Shown here: in pieces, positions 17,269 to 27,256 of the stretch | Position numbering within the stretch: position 1 is the stretch's first letter | How the letters are laid out: every line of letters starts with the position of its first letter | DNA from: Sumerlaeia bacterium | GTDB taxonomy: Bacteria; Sumerlaeota; Sumerlaeia; SLMS01; JAHLLQ01 | DNA: 64,000 nucleotides | Assembly: GCA_040219255.1 (NCBI GenBank) | Contig: JAVJSW010000065.1 | Span: 32,001-96,000, forward strand | Direction: 5' to 3' | Notes under the pieces: model-generated | The model's database searches: none | What the model saw: only the letters and a program-made list of their open reading frames with translations | Told to the model about the DNA's origin: nothing | Translations under genes and position numbers: made by a program

Positions 17269-20200
17269 CTACCTCCGCAGGGGATTTTTTCCACCACTTC
17301 GATTGATTCTGTCAAGGGCTTCTTTGAAGAGTTCTTCTGTCACGGCCTTGCGGTAATTTTTCGCATTTCCATTTCGATCAGTGAACGAGCGGATTTTATT
17401 CCACAATGGTGTTTTCTTGTTGACAGACTTTGGACCTCCGAATTCATCCATGAGCTTCTGCTCCAACCCGCGTGCTTCCGCTTTTGTGAGGCTGCCCGTC
17501 GTGAATAACGTCACGCCGATGTGCTTTGGCTTTGTCTTCTTATGTGATGCGAGCCGATCATTTACAACACCTATCCCTACATATTTGACATTCCTATTAC
17601 GACTGTCCAGGAGTACATATAGACCGTACTGTTGATTAGACTTCGCACCAAGCGGACGCGCAAGTACCTCGATAAGGCTCCTAGAGAGTGAAGAACTCGA
17701 CGATCTCGATGGCCCCGCTTCTTCCTCTTGCCCTGGCAGAGGTGGCGGTGGCGCACCAACAAAAACTTCATATGCCTCGACTACGGCTATGATAAAGTAA
17801 AAAATTGACTGTGCAAGTTCTATTAAATTCCCCAACGATCTACTTATAGCGAATTCGACTATAGATGTCAAAAGATCAACACCGGATATCGCTAGGACTA
17901 TCAATGATATAGCCTTGCTGATCTGCAGGATAATCTCGTTCGCCTGCTCTTCGCTAACGGACTCCCAATCCTCAACTCCCAATACCGCTTCCATGAAGCG
18001 ATCCATCAATATGTCAAAACCCATAACTTCCATCAGGAAGTCCAGAATTGGGATATATAATATGCTGGCGTCTATTCCTGAAGCGCTCACAATCGTTCTG
18101 AGCAGGAAAGAGGTGATTTCCGGAACTATTACATAGGCTAATAGAGCTTGTATTACGCCCGAAATGGAAATTTCCGCCAGCGAAAACCACCCAGAAGGAT
18201 CAAACATCCCGATAGGATTCGCCCCTACGTAGCCGTAGCTACTAATATGGTTATTGGGGAAATCGACGTAGGTATCGATGGATGCCCACTTCCCAATGTC
18301 AGCGGTCAACCACCTTGCCCGATGATGCTGCAGCTCCGTCGCCCCATCGAGCCGTTGCCCCGTAAACGCATAGGCCGTTTCCTGGGCGCCGGGCTTCATG
18401 TCGTCCGACAGCAGTTCGCCAAACGCGGCGTAGTCGCGTGTGTCCTGGACGTAGCCTTGGGCGTCGGTGGTGGCACGGAGGCTGCCGAGGGCGTCGGCGC
18501 TGACAAAGCGTTCTTCGGCGCCGGTGGGTTCGACTTTGGTGCGGGCCATGAGGGTGTCGGCCCAGGTGTTGAGGGCGCGGACGCGGCCGGTGGTGGCGTC
18601 GATTTCGGCGAGGGTCTGGCTGTAGCCTGTGGGGTTTTCGCGATCGACGACGTAGCGTTCGGAAGTAAGGCGCTGGCCGTTTTCGTCGAAGACGTGGCGG
18701 CCGATGAGGTCGTTGTTGGTGTCGTAGTCGTATTCGACACGGAGCGGATCGGTGCCGGGGATTTCGGCGGCGATCAGGGTTTCTCCGCGGCCCCAGAAAT
18801 AGCGGGTGGTGGCGCCGGTGCGGTCGTTGGTGCGGGTGAGCATCTGGCCGTTGGCGTTGTAGGTGAAGCTCTCGACGGCTGTGTTGGCGGTGGCGCGGGT
18901 GGCGCCTTCGCGGATGGCGGCGAGGCGTTGCGTGCCGGGTTCGTAGAAATAATGGCGGGCGGGCTTGTCGGCGGCGTCTTCGAGGATGCGGTTGCTGTCG
19001 GCGTCGTAGCCGTAGGCGACTTCGCGGACGATCTGGCCGCCCGCTTCGCGGCGTTCGAGGGTCAGCCGGCCGAGACGGTCGTAGTGGTAAGTCCAGACGG
19101 CGGAGTTTTCTCCGCGGCGCTCGACGATGCCGAGGCGGGTGCCATCGGCACCGAGAACGTAGTCGGCGGCGAAGACGACGGTGCCGTCGGCGGCGGTGTG
19201 GGTGATGAGTTCGAGGCGGCCGAGGGCGTCGTAGGCGCGTTCCTCGACAAGGCCGGTGGTCAGGTTTGTGACGCGCTTCTTCAGGCCGGCGCGGTTGTAT
19301 TCGATGCGCCAGGAGGCTTCGGGGGCGAGGACTTCGGAGAGACGGCCGGCGAAGTCGTACTTATAGGACACGGTATGACCGAGTGTCGAAATGGAGGCCA
19401 GCGATCCGAATTGATCGTAGTCGTAATCGATGGGCGCGGGGTCTTTTTCGACGTACTCGAGGCGCCCGGTTTCGCGGTCGAAGGTGCGCGTTTCGGTACG
19501 CACCACATCGCCGACGGTGTGGGTCAGCGAGTCGAGGCGGCCGCGGGCATCGTAGCCGTAGGCGATGGTTTCGGCGATGGCCCCAGCGACGGAGGGGGTG
19601 TAGGTTTCCGAGTCGAGGCGGAAGTCATCGTAGAAGTAGCGGGTCACATCGCCGTTGGCTTTGACGAGGCGATCGCGCTGGCCGTCGGCGTTGTAGTATG
19701 TCGTCTTCCAGGGCAGGCTGGAGAGCGTGGGTTCGCTGGGGGGCGTGGCGAGGGAGGCTTGCGTTTCGACGACGCGTTCGAGGTCGCCTTCGGCGTCGAG
19801 GAAATCGCGCCATTCCTTGACGATGCCGCTGGGATAGATGGCTTTGGTGCGGCTGCCGGATTCGTCGTATTCGAACTGGAACGTGACGTTTTGCGTGGGC
19901 GTCTGGTTGTAATCGCCGGGGACGAGGCCTTCGCAGCCGACGCAATTGAAGATGACCGCTTCGGCCTGACCGTCGTCGTTGTAGCGCGTGTAGGTCTTGA
20001 CCTGGGCGGTGATTTCGTTGGTCAGGGAGCCGTTGGCCGCGATGGTGGCGGAGAGACTGGCGGGTTTAACGACGGCGACCTGGCGGCCTTCGGCGTCGTG
20101 CTCATAGAGTTCCCAGGTGCCGGCGACCACCACGGAGCCATCGGCGGCGAGGTTGTTGGTCGCGACGAGGTCGGTGTCCTGGTGGAACAGACCGACGAGT

Positions 20201-23200
20201 TGGCCATAGGCCGGTTCGGCGACGCTGGCGATGTCGTCGGCAGCAAAGGGTGTCGAACCATCGGTGTCGGTGCGATAGAGATAGGTGCTGCGGACGCCGT
20301 CGCGGGCCTGGAGCGGGGTCTGGGCCCAGGCGAGGCGGCCGAAGCGGTCGTAGCCGCGGCGGGTGGTATTGGTCACGCCGTTGTAGGTTTCGTGGGTCGC
20401 GATTTCGCGACCGGCGGCATCGAACTCGGTTTCGGTGATCAGACCGCGAGGCGAGACGGTCTTGTAACGCCGCCCGAATTCATCGTAGAAATGGCGGGTT
20501 ACGCGGACCGAGCCTTCGGCGCCTTCGAAGCGTTCTTCGACAGTACGACCAGAACCATCGGTCACGGAGATCGTGCGGTTGTTGTCTTGATCGGTGACGA
20601 TTTTCGAGCGGGTGCCGTCGCTGTTGGTCTGATAGTCGGTCTGGGTGGCCGAGCCATCGTCGTAGATGACCTGGTACTGACGGCCGAGGTCGTCGTACTT
20701 GTATTCGGTGCGGCTGGCGCCGTTGGGGCCGGTGCTTTCGCTGACGAGGACGTTGCCGAGGCCATCGTAGGTCGTGCGGGTGGTCGAGAGCGCAGGGCCG
20801 CCATCACTGGTGGCGCTATAGACCGCGCGGCCTTCAGCATCGGCGATTGTGAAAGTCCAGCTTTCTTCCTGCGGATCGTAGCTGGCGAGGTTGTTGCCTT
20901 CGGCGTCGGAGTAGGTGACGGAGATGGTCTCGCCGCTGCTGGGGTTGCTCGTGCTAACGGTTTGCATTTCCAGCCAGACGCCGCTGGGCCAACTGGGCAG
21001 ATGGGCCGAGCGGACGGCGGCGGGGACGGCGGCTTCCAGGGCGGTGCGAAGCGTGGCGAAGGGGCCCTCGTTGGCGTAGCCGGTGGCGTAGGTGTAGGTG
21101 ACGGAGGAGAGAGTTTCCGTGCCGCGCTGGGAGACGGTCTGCTCGATACGGCCGATGAAATCGCCGGCGTTGTAGTAGGTGTTCCGGGTTTCGACTCCGG
21201 GGCCGGAAACGGCGCCGACTTCGTTGCGGGCGCTCTTCTGCACCGGGGTGTCGCCGCCTTCCTGACGGCCATAGTACAGGTTGATGTCGCGGCCTTCGGG
21301 GTCGGAGACGAAGTGGACCTTGCCGGTGCCGTCGGGCATGGTTCCATCGGGGGCCTGGCCGATGTTGAACTTGGATTCGTTGTAGCGAACCAGGACCGAG
21401 TTTTTCTCGCCGTTGTCGATGCCGTCGGGGCCGACGGCAGGGGTCTTGACGTTGGTCGGCTGAACCTGCTGGCTGGTCAGGTAACCGGGGCGCATTCTCC
21501 CGTTGTTATAATCGTCGTAGCCGGGGGCTCTGGCGGTGCGGCCTTGGAAGTGGGCGCTCCAGAAATCGAAGTAGTTTTGGGCCATGCCGTCGATGCCGTA
21601 GTACTGCTCCTGATAGGGTTGGAGGTCGTACTCGAAATCGGTCTTCACGCCGCCAACGGTCTGGGACCTGAGCACTCCGGGAGGGGCGGCGATGTAGTCG
21701 TCGCTGTCGTCGGGATAGTAGTCGTAGGTGGTGACCACGCCCGCGGCGTCGACTTGGCGGGTGACGCGTCCGGCGTCGTCGTATTCGACTTCGGTGCGGC
21801 CGCCAGTGGCTTCGTCGACGACGGTGTGGGTGCCGCCACCTGCTTCGTTGTCTTCGTATTCCATGGCGACATCGCCGGCGCCGGTTTCGATCGTGCTAAG
21901 GCGGGCGTCGTTGTCGTAGTCATAGGCAATTTCCGCGTCGCCCGAGTCCGGCGCGCCATGATTCGGATCGGCGGAGTCCTGGCGATCCACCACCATGCGG
22001 GTCAGGTAATGGGGAAAGTCCTCGTCCTCGTAATAGAGCCAGCGCTTGTTGCCGTTGCGGTCGGTGATTTCCGACAGCTCGCCCTTGTCGTTGTAGGTGT
22101 ACAGGAAGAAGAAGCCACGCGGGTCGGTGATCTTGGAGATGCGGCCCTCGCTGTCGCGCTCGACGGTGATGCGGCGGCCGAGGTTGTCCTCGATCAGGAC
22201 TTCCGTGCCGTTTTCTGTGTCGTTGTAGGAATAGTCCACGGCGACTGGAGCGGGTTGGCCGATTTCGCCGTGGCCGGCGTCCTGGCGCAGGAGCTGGCCC
22301 GACTCCCATTCGTAGATCAGGTAGGAACCGTCTTCCAACTTGAGGCAGGCCAGTGTTCCATCGGGGTTGGATGACCCATCGTGCCAATCGGGCAGAGCGA
22401 TGCCTTGGTTATCGCGGAGCGCGATCAGTTCCTGGCGATAGGCCTGAACGACCCGGTGGCCTTCGTTGTTGTAGTCGTACTGGCTGAAGGGATTGCCGCC
22501 GTCGCCGAAGAGTCCATCGTAGGGCGTCGTGTAACCGGGCAGCCAGAGCATCTGGCCGTAAGGGCGATTGATGAAGGCGCGTTCGACGCCCCAGCTATTG
22601 TCGCCCTCGTCGATGAGGTCGAACTGGACGGGGGCGTTGGCGTAGGTGAAGGTGCGGCCGTCGGGCAGGGTGATTTCCGCTTCGATGCGTTCATCGCCGA
22701 GGCCCGGTTCGACGATGGAGGTCTTCTGGAGAGTGAGGTCCAGGCCTTCGAGCTGCCAGCCCCAGCCGAAGTCGCCTTTGGTGGTGGAGCGGAAAGAGTT
22801 GTACTCGCGGGCGATCTCGATGGAGATCCCTTCGAAATCGGTGGAGAAATCGACCTGTCGCAGTTGCAGGGAACCGGGCGTGCGGTCGTCCGTGTCCTCG
22901 CCGGGCAAGGTCGCGCTGTGCATGACCTTGTAGCCGGGGATGAAGCCCGTGGCGTAGCGCAGACCGTCGGTAACCAGGAGGCGGATGTCGTAGGTACCGA
23001 CGGGGAGCTTTGAAATGTCCCAAGTGCCAAGCGTGGCGGTGGTGTTTTCGTCGCCGCGGTTTTCAAAGCCGTAGTCGATGGTCTTCCAACTGGACTCGAA
23101 ACCGCCGTATACCGACATCAGGTAAGGCGTTTCGGTGCTGTCGATGACCGGTTCGGCGCTGTGGGGTTTGTAGGACAGGAGCCAATAGGGGCGCTCGGCG

Positions 23201-26200
23201 GGGAAGATCTGACCGATTTCCCCGCCGTCGGGCGCACCGACAGCGTCGAAAACAGGATTGAACACGTAGCCGTTGATGGGAACCTGAGGCGTCTTGTCCT
23301 TGAGCAGCAGCGTATTCAAGGGTTCGGAGATATCGAGGGCCGGGTCGGCTCCGCTGAGGAACAGGACCGGGTAAATCTGCGATTGGCCATTGATCGAGAC
23401 GCGAAGCTGGTACTGACGGGCCGATTGGCCGGGAGGCAGCGAGGCGTGCTCGCCGCGCCAGATGTGTTTGGTCAGGAAGGTGTCGGCCTGAACCGGCGCG
23501 GGACCGAAGTCATAGGGCACGGCGCCTACGGGGGCGCCGTTCTGGTCGAGCAGTTCGACTGCCGGTGTGCCGCTGCCGTGAAGGATATCGACGATGATGC
23601 GGTGGGCGGCTGGGTTGCCGGTCCATCTAGCCGGATCGATGACGGAGGAACTGCTGAGTGCGACGCTGTAGAGAGAGCCGGCGAGATTGTATTCGCGCTC
23701 GTCCTTGGTCACGTTGCCAAAGGCGTCTTCCGCGGCGACGCGAATGGTCAGGGGCCGGCCGCTGAGGCCTTTCTTGCCGCGCAGGTCGAGGGCCTTGGCG
23801 AAGGTTTTCGTGAGCTGGGGATTGAATGGCGCGGAGAAATCGAGCAGGTTTTCCGTGCGGTCTTCGACGTCGAGTTGGCCGGAAATGTTGTTCCAGCGCG
23901 CCCACGTGTAGTCCAGGTCCACGCGGAGGGACTTGATGCCGGAGTCTTCGGGCAGTGTGTTATCGAGCGCGTTGACGAGGAGATCAGCCGTGTTGCCAGT
24001 AAGCAGATCACCGGCGGGGGCTGCGAATTCGACACGCGGGAAGAGGCCATCGTTGCGGACGGTCAGGGGGGTCTGGACCTCGGCGAGATTTCCGGCGGCG
24101 TCGGCGGCTTGAAGACGCAGGACATAGTCGCCGTTGGCGCGCATGGCTTCGGCGGCCCAGTTCGCAAGGTTGCCGGAGCCCACTTCGCGGGTGCCAGTGT
24201 TGAGCAGCACCCAATCCTGAGTTCCCGCTTCGGCGAGATGAACGGTATAGGTGGTCAGGTGAATGTCTTCAACCGTGCCCCAAACGGCCACATTGCCGCG
24301 CACTTCGCCCTCGAAGGGCTTGAGCGCGACGTTCGGCGGGGTGACGTCGATGGTGAAGGTCTGGCTGACGGTGCGCGAGCGGCGCTCGTACACTTCGCCG
24401 TCGAGGCGCAGGTCGAGGGGGCCGTTGTAGCCGTCGAGACCCGCGAAGGCGCCGGTGAAGCCGGGGGTGGACTTGAGCTGCCAGAGGGCTTCGCGGACTT
24501 CTCCCGGCGTGTCCGGGTCGGACTTGCTATCGAGGCGGGCCAATTCCCCTCCCCCGCCGTCATAGGCAAAGAAGCGGAAGTCGGTCATGATCTGGTTGAA
24601 AAGGCCCTTGGCCGTGACGCGATCCCAGTGAGCCGGGTTGAAGACCGAGCCCGGGGCGAGTGTTTCTTCGTCACCGCCGTCGCGGGCGAGGAGAAGCTCC
24701 ATGCCGAGGACTTCGGGGCGGGAGAACTCTTCCATCAGGGCGTGGAGGAACACCACGGCAGTGGCGCCATTGGCGGCGAATTCCGCCGGCGAGGCGGGGG
24801 CAGCCAAGGGCGCGCACAGGGCCGCCAGAGGATGGACGGCGGCCACGTAAGCTCGCGCCACGGCGACGGAGGCGCCTTCGTAGGTTTCCGCGCCGGTGAT
24901 GGCGAGTTGGGCCAGGCGCAAGGCCGGACCACCGCCATCGACTGGCCCGAGGCTGGGCGCGACCAAGTGACCCGGGCGCACGATCATGCCGGAGAGGGCT
25001 TCCGTTTGCTGGGCGCTGAAGGCCTGGTGCGGCAAAACCGCCAAGGCATCGGCGGCTAGCGTTTCGGTCTTCCAGGCGGGGCCATCGAGGGCCAACGCGC
25101 CCCAGCCCAGGCCGAGGGCTCCGGCGGGTTCGGCGGGGCTGGCGGCCGCGCGGCCATCGGCCAGCAGCAGGGACGCTCCGGCGTCGGCGCGGGCCTGGAG
25201 GTTCGCGGCGAGGTTGCCAGAATCCGCTGGGACACGGTCGCCCGCGGCGTCGAGGACTTCGGCGTTCTCCGGCGTCACGGCGTATGCGGCCGCGAGGCCG
25301 GCGGAATTCGCGTCGCGCATGAGACGGCCTGCAGTCACGGGCTCGACAGCCTGGCCAAGCACCGTGAAGGGGCCATTGGCGAGGACGGCGGAGCGGGTGA
25401 GTTGGAGGGCCGACTGGACGCTATCGGTCGGGGCGTAGCGCGCGTCGCTCTCGCCCACCACCGGACCGATGGGCAGGGCGCCTTCCGAGAGGGCGAAGCG
25501 CCACTGGGGGGCACCAAAGGTGCCATCGGCGGCGGGGACGGGTTCGAAGCCCGCCAGGGCCCACTGGCCTGCCAGGGCCACGCGATGCCCTGCGGCCAAC
25601 GCGCCCAGATCGATCAGTTGCTCGCTCTGGGACAGAAGGACCTGCGCCGTGAAATCCAGCGTCGGGGCCAGCGCGCGCGTCGGATCGCCGGCGGACGGGT
25701 CCTCCGAGAGACGCGAGAGGGTGGTGGTGAGGCTTTGCTGGCGCTCGCGGTAGTTGGGCAGCGTGCGCTCGTTGAGCGACGGAAGGGCCGCCACCGAGAA
25801 TAAAGCACCAGCGCGGGTGGCGAGGGATTCACGGCGGGCGGCGGGATCGGCGGTGGGCAGGGGCTGGCCTTCGCCGGGGCCCTGGAGCGCGATTTCCACG
25901 CGCACCGGATCGCCGTAGCCGACGGCTTGGGACGCGCGGGCGATTTCGGACTCGCCGAGCGTGACTCGGCCCAGCACCGGCAGGGCACCCTGGGCGAGCG
26001 ATGCCTGGTTGTAGGTCTCCGTCGTGGCGGCGGCGTCGGAGGACACAAAGCCCACAGAGAGCACGTTTTCGAAAAGCGCGGCGCTGGCGAAGTTGGCTTC
26101 GGCGAGGGTTTCGCCGGATTCGCTGATAATCCGCAGGCCGACCTCGTGGCGCATGGGCGCGAGGAAGTCTTCGATGTCGGCGACCTTCAAGACGGCCGGG

Positions 26201-27177
26201 CGACCCAGGATCGAGTAGGGCAGGGATTCGGGCAGCGTGTCGATTTTCTCGACCGTCGGGCGGCGGCGTGTCAGGGCTTCCTCGACCGTCAGGCCTTCCT
26301 CTTCGAGGAAATTGCGGAATACGGCGGCGGCGCTGTCGGCCTGGGTCAGCAGGTAGTCCTCAGGGACGGCGGAGGCGGAGGCTTCGGCTTCATCGACGGA
26401 GAGGAAGCTGAGGGCCTGCTGGACAAAGGCATCGGCGTCGAGGCCGGACAGTTCGAAAGGCGTGGGTACTTCGGCGACTTCTTCCTGGAGGACGAAGCTG
26501 GGGTCGAGGTCTGTTCGGATGCCATCGTTGCCGGCGACGAAGCGGGTGCCGCGCAAGGGGCCATATTCCAGATCGCCGCGGAGCCAGACGTGGTCTTCGA
26601 GCAAGAGGGTCCAGCGTTGGGTGGCGGTGTTGCCCTCGATGCGATGGGGAACGCCCGCCTGGGTCAGATAGGTCTGGATGGCCTGAGGTGTGTCGGCGCC
26701 GATGAAGTCACGGGCCTGACGCGATGTCAGACGCACGTGCCCTCGCACAACCCAAAGGTCCGGTTCGCCCCGGTCCAGGTTTCGCCACGCCGCGCGCAGC
26801 AGGGCCGCGAGAAGCAGAGCCTGATCGGTGTCGTTGCCCTTGCGGCGCTGGAGCGTGCCCAGCGCGCCGAAGCGGGCGCCGCGATAGGGTTCGTAGGCGA
26901 TTTCGTTGCGGACGAATTCGTAGATCAGAACGGGATGGTTCGACAGCCGGCCCGCTTGGGCGACCAGGGGCGGGGTGACGCGCTGGCCGCTGGGAAGCTC
27001 TTCCACGCGGCCCCAATTGATTTCGAGGGGCGCGCTGTCCACCATCTGCAAGCCGTTCTGCGCATAGATGTGGGCGAGCTTGTCGAAGTGCGGAAAATAG
27101 ACCATCATGAAGGCGGTCAAAAACGCCACCGGCCAAGAGAAGTAACGAAGGGTGCGGGGATTTCGGAAGAGCTTCAT
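17269..27177 (-). CDS. Giant RHS/YD-repeat polymorphic toxin (3302 aa) with signal peptide, transglutaminase-like domain, Ig-like domains, RHS shell and C-terminal GIY-YIG nuclease
   Basis: N-terminal signal-like segment ending IYA-Q; 'IYEFVRNEIAYEPYRG..GNDTDQALLLAALLRAA..HVW..LDPSF'; pre-RHS 'REYNS..GDFGWGW'; many YD repeats; RHS core 'YAFTGQRLD..RARW..GKWASID..YGYVGANPIGMFDPSGW'; tip 'YGLY..KYVG..R..H..ARGLEQ..N'. Confidence 0.92.
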   Translation of the reverse strand: MKLFRNPRTLRYFSWPVAFLTAFMMVYFPHFDKLAHIYAQNGLQMVDSAPLEINWGRVEELPSGQRVTPPLVAQAGRLSNHPVLIYEFVRNEIAYEPYRGARFGALGTLQRRKGNDTDQALLLAALLRAAWRNLDRGEPDLWVVRGHVRLTSRQARDFIGADTPQAIQTYLTQAGVPHRIEGNTATQRWTLLLEDHVWLRGDLEYGPLRGTRFVAGNDGIRTDLDPSFVLQEEVAEVPTPFELSGLDADAFVQQALSFLSVDEAEASASAVPEDYLLTQADSAAAVFRNFLEEEGLTVEEALTRRRPTVEKIDTLPESLPYSILGRPAVLKVADIEDFLAPMRHEVGLRIISESGETLAEANFASAALFENVLSVGFVSSDAAATTETYNQASLAQGALPVLGRVTLGESEIARASQAVGYGDPVRVEIALQGPGEGQPLPTADPAARRESLATRAGALFSVAALPSLNERTLPNYRERQQSLTTTLSRLSEDPSAGDPTRALAPTLDFTAQVLLSQSEQLIDLGALAAGHRVALAGQWALAGFEPVPAADGTFGAPQWRFALSEGALPIGPVVGESDARYAPTDSVQSALQLTRSAVLANGPFTVLGQAVEPVTAGRLMRDANSAGLAAAYAVTPENAEVLDAAGDRVPADSGNLAANLQARADAGASLLLADGRAAASPAEPAGALGLGWGALALDGPAWKTETLAADALAVLPHQAFSAQQTEALSGMIVRPGHLVAPSLGPVDGGGPALRLAQLAITGAETYEGASVAVARAYVAAVHPLAALCAPLAAPASPAEFAANGATAVVFLHALMEEFSRPEVLGMELLLARDGGDEETLAPGSVFNPAHWDRVTAKGLFNQIMTDFRFFAYDGGGGELARLDSKSDPDTPGEVREALWQLKSTPGFTGAFAGLDGYNGPLDLRLDGEVYERRSRTVSQTFTIDVTPPNVALKPFEGEVRGNVAVWGTVEDIHLTTYTVHLAEAGTQDWVLLNTGTREVGSGNLANWAAEAMRANGDYVLRLQAADAAGNLAEVQTPLTVRNDGLFPRVEFAAPAGDLLTGNTADLLVNALDNTLPEDSGIKSLRVDLDYTWARWNNISGQLDVEDRTENLLDFSAPFNPQLTKTFAKALDLRGKKGLSGRPLTIRVAAEDAFGNVTKDEREYNLAGSLYSVALSSSSVIDPARWTGNPAAHRIIVDILHGSGTPAVELLDQNGAPVGAVPYDFGPAPVQADTFLTKHIWRGEHASLPPGQSARQYQLRVSINGQSQIYPVLFLSGADPALDISEPLNTLLLKDKTPQVPINGYVFNPVFDAVGAPDGGEIGQIFPAERPYWLLSYKPHSAEPVIDSTETPYLMSVYGGFESSWKTIDYGFENRGDENTTATLGTWDISKLPVGTYDIRLLVTDGLRYATGFIPGYKVMHSATLPGEDTDDRTPGSLQLRQVDFSTDFEGISIEIAREYNSFRSTTKGDFGWGWQLEGLDLTLQKTSIVEPGLGDERIEAEITLPDGRTFTYANAPVQFDLIDEGDNSWGVERAFINRPYGQMLWLPGYTTPYDGLFGDGGNPFSQYDYNNEGHRVVQAYRQELIALRDNQGIALPDWHDGSSNPDGTLACLKLEDGSYLIYEWESGQLLRQDAGHGEIGQPAPVAVDYSYNDTENGTEVLIEDNLGRRITVERDSEGRISKITDPRGFFFLYTYNDKGELSEITDRNGNKRWLYYEDEDFPHYLTRMVVDRQDSADPNHGAPDSGDAEIAYDYDNDARLSTIETGAGDVAMEYEDNEAGGGTHTVVDEATGGRTEVEYDDAGRVTRQVDAAGVVTTYDYYPDDSDDYIAAPPGVLRSQTVGGVKTDFEYDLQPYQEQYYGIDGMAQNYFDFWSAHFQGRTARAPGYDDYNNGRMRPGYLTSQQVQPTNVKTPAVGPDGIDNGEKNSVLVRYNESKFNIGQAPDGTMPDGTGKVHFVSDPEGRDINLYYGRQEGGDTPVQKSARNEVGAVSGPGVETRNTYYNAGDFIGRIEQTVSQRGTETLSSVTYTYATGYANEGPFATLRTALEAAVPAAVRSAHLPSWPSGVWLEMQTVSTSNPSSGETISVTYSDAEGNNLASYDPQEESWTFTIADAEGRAVYSATSDGGPALSTTRTTYDGLGNVLVSESTGPNGASRTEYKYDDLGRQYQVIYDDGSATQTDYQTNSDGTRSKIVTDQDNNRTISVTDGSGRTVEERFEGAEGSVRVTRHFYDEFGRRYKTVSPRGLITETEFDAAGREIATHETYNGVTNTTRRGYDRFGRLAWAQTPLQARDGVRSTYLYRTDTDGSTPFAADDIASVAEPAYGQLVGLFHQDTDLVATNNLAADGSVVVAGTWELYEHDAEGRQVAVVKPASLSATIAANGSLTNEITAQVKTYTRYNDDGQAEAVIFNCVGCEGLVPGDYNQTPTQNVTFQFEYDESGSRTKAIYPSGIVKEWRDFLDAEGDLERVVETQASLATPPSEPTLSSLPWKTTYYNADGQRDRLVKANGDVTRYFYDDFRLDSETYTPSVAGAIAETIAYGYDARGRLDSLTHTVGDVVRTETRTFDRETGRLEYVEKDPAPIDYDYDQFGSLASISTLGHTVSYKYDFAGRLSEVLAPEASWRIEYNRAGLKKRVTNLTTGLVEERAYDALGRLELITHTAADGTVVFAADYVLGADGTRLGIVERRGENSAVWTYHYDRLGRLTLERREAGGQIVREVAYGYDADSNRILEDAADKPARHYFYEPGTQRLAAIREGATRATANTAVESFTYNANGQMLTRTNDRTGATTRYFWGRGETLIAAEIPGTDPLRVEYDYDTNNDLIGRHVFDENGQRLTSERYVVDRENPTGYSQTLAEIDATTGRVRALNTWADTLMARTKVEPTGAEERFVSADALGSLRATTDAQGYVQDTRDYAAFGELLSDDMKPGAQETAYAFTGQRLDGATELQHHRARWLTADIGKWASIDTYVDFPNNHISSYGYVGANPIGMFDPSGWFSLAEISISGVIQALLAYVIVPEITSFLLRTIVSASGIDASILYIPILDFLMEVMGFDILMDRFMEAVLGVEDWESVSEEQANEIILQISKAISLIVLAISGVDLLTSIVEFAISRSLGNLIELAQSIFYFIIAVVEAYEVFVGAPPPPLPGQEEEAGPSRSSSSSLSRSLIEVLARPLGAKSNQQYGLYVLLDSRNRNVKYVGIGVVNDRLASHKKTKPKHIGVTLFTTGSLTKAEARGLEQKLMDEFGGPKSVNKKTPLWNKIRSFTDRNGNAKNYRKAVTEELFKEALDRINRSGGKNPLRR

Positions 27178-27256
27178 GGGAGGTTATCCGTGGGTCACTC
27201 GGGAGAGGGGTCGTTCGGGTCGCGGTCAATGTGGTCTAGGGGTTCTGATAAAGAAA

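Noticed and set aside
18148-22374. 1408-aa + strand ORF, and other long + strand ORFs opposite the two giants (e.g. 23161..25059, 30968..32884, 34262..36259, 36830..39409)
   Set aside because: These are antisense shadows of strongly biased high-GC genes. They show no recognisable motifs, whereas the - strand frames carry clear domains.
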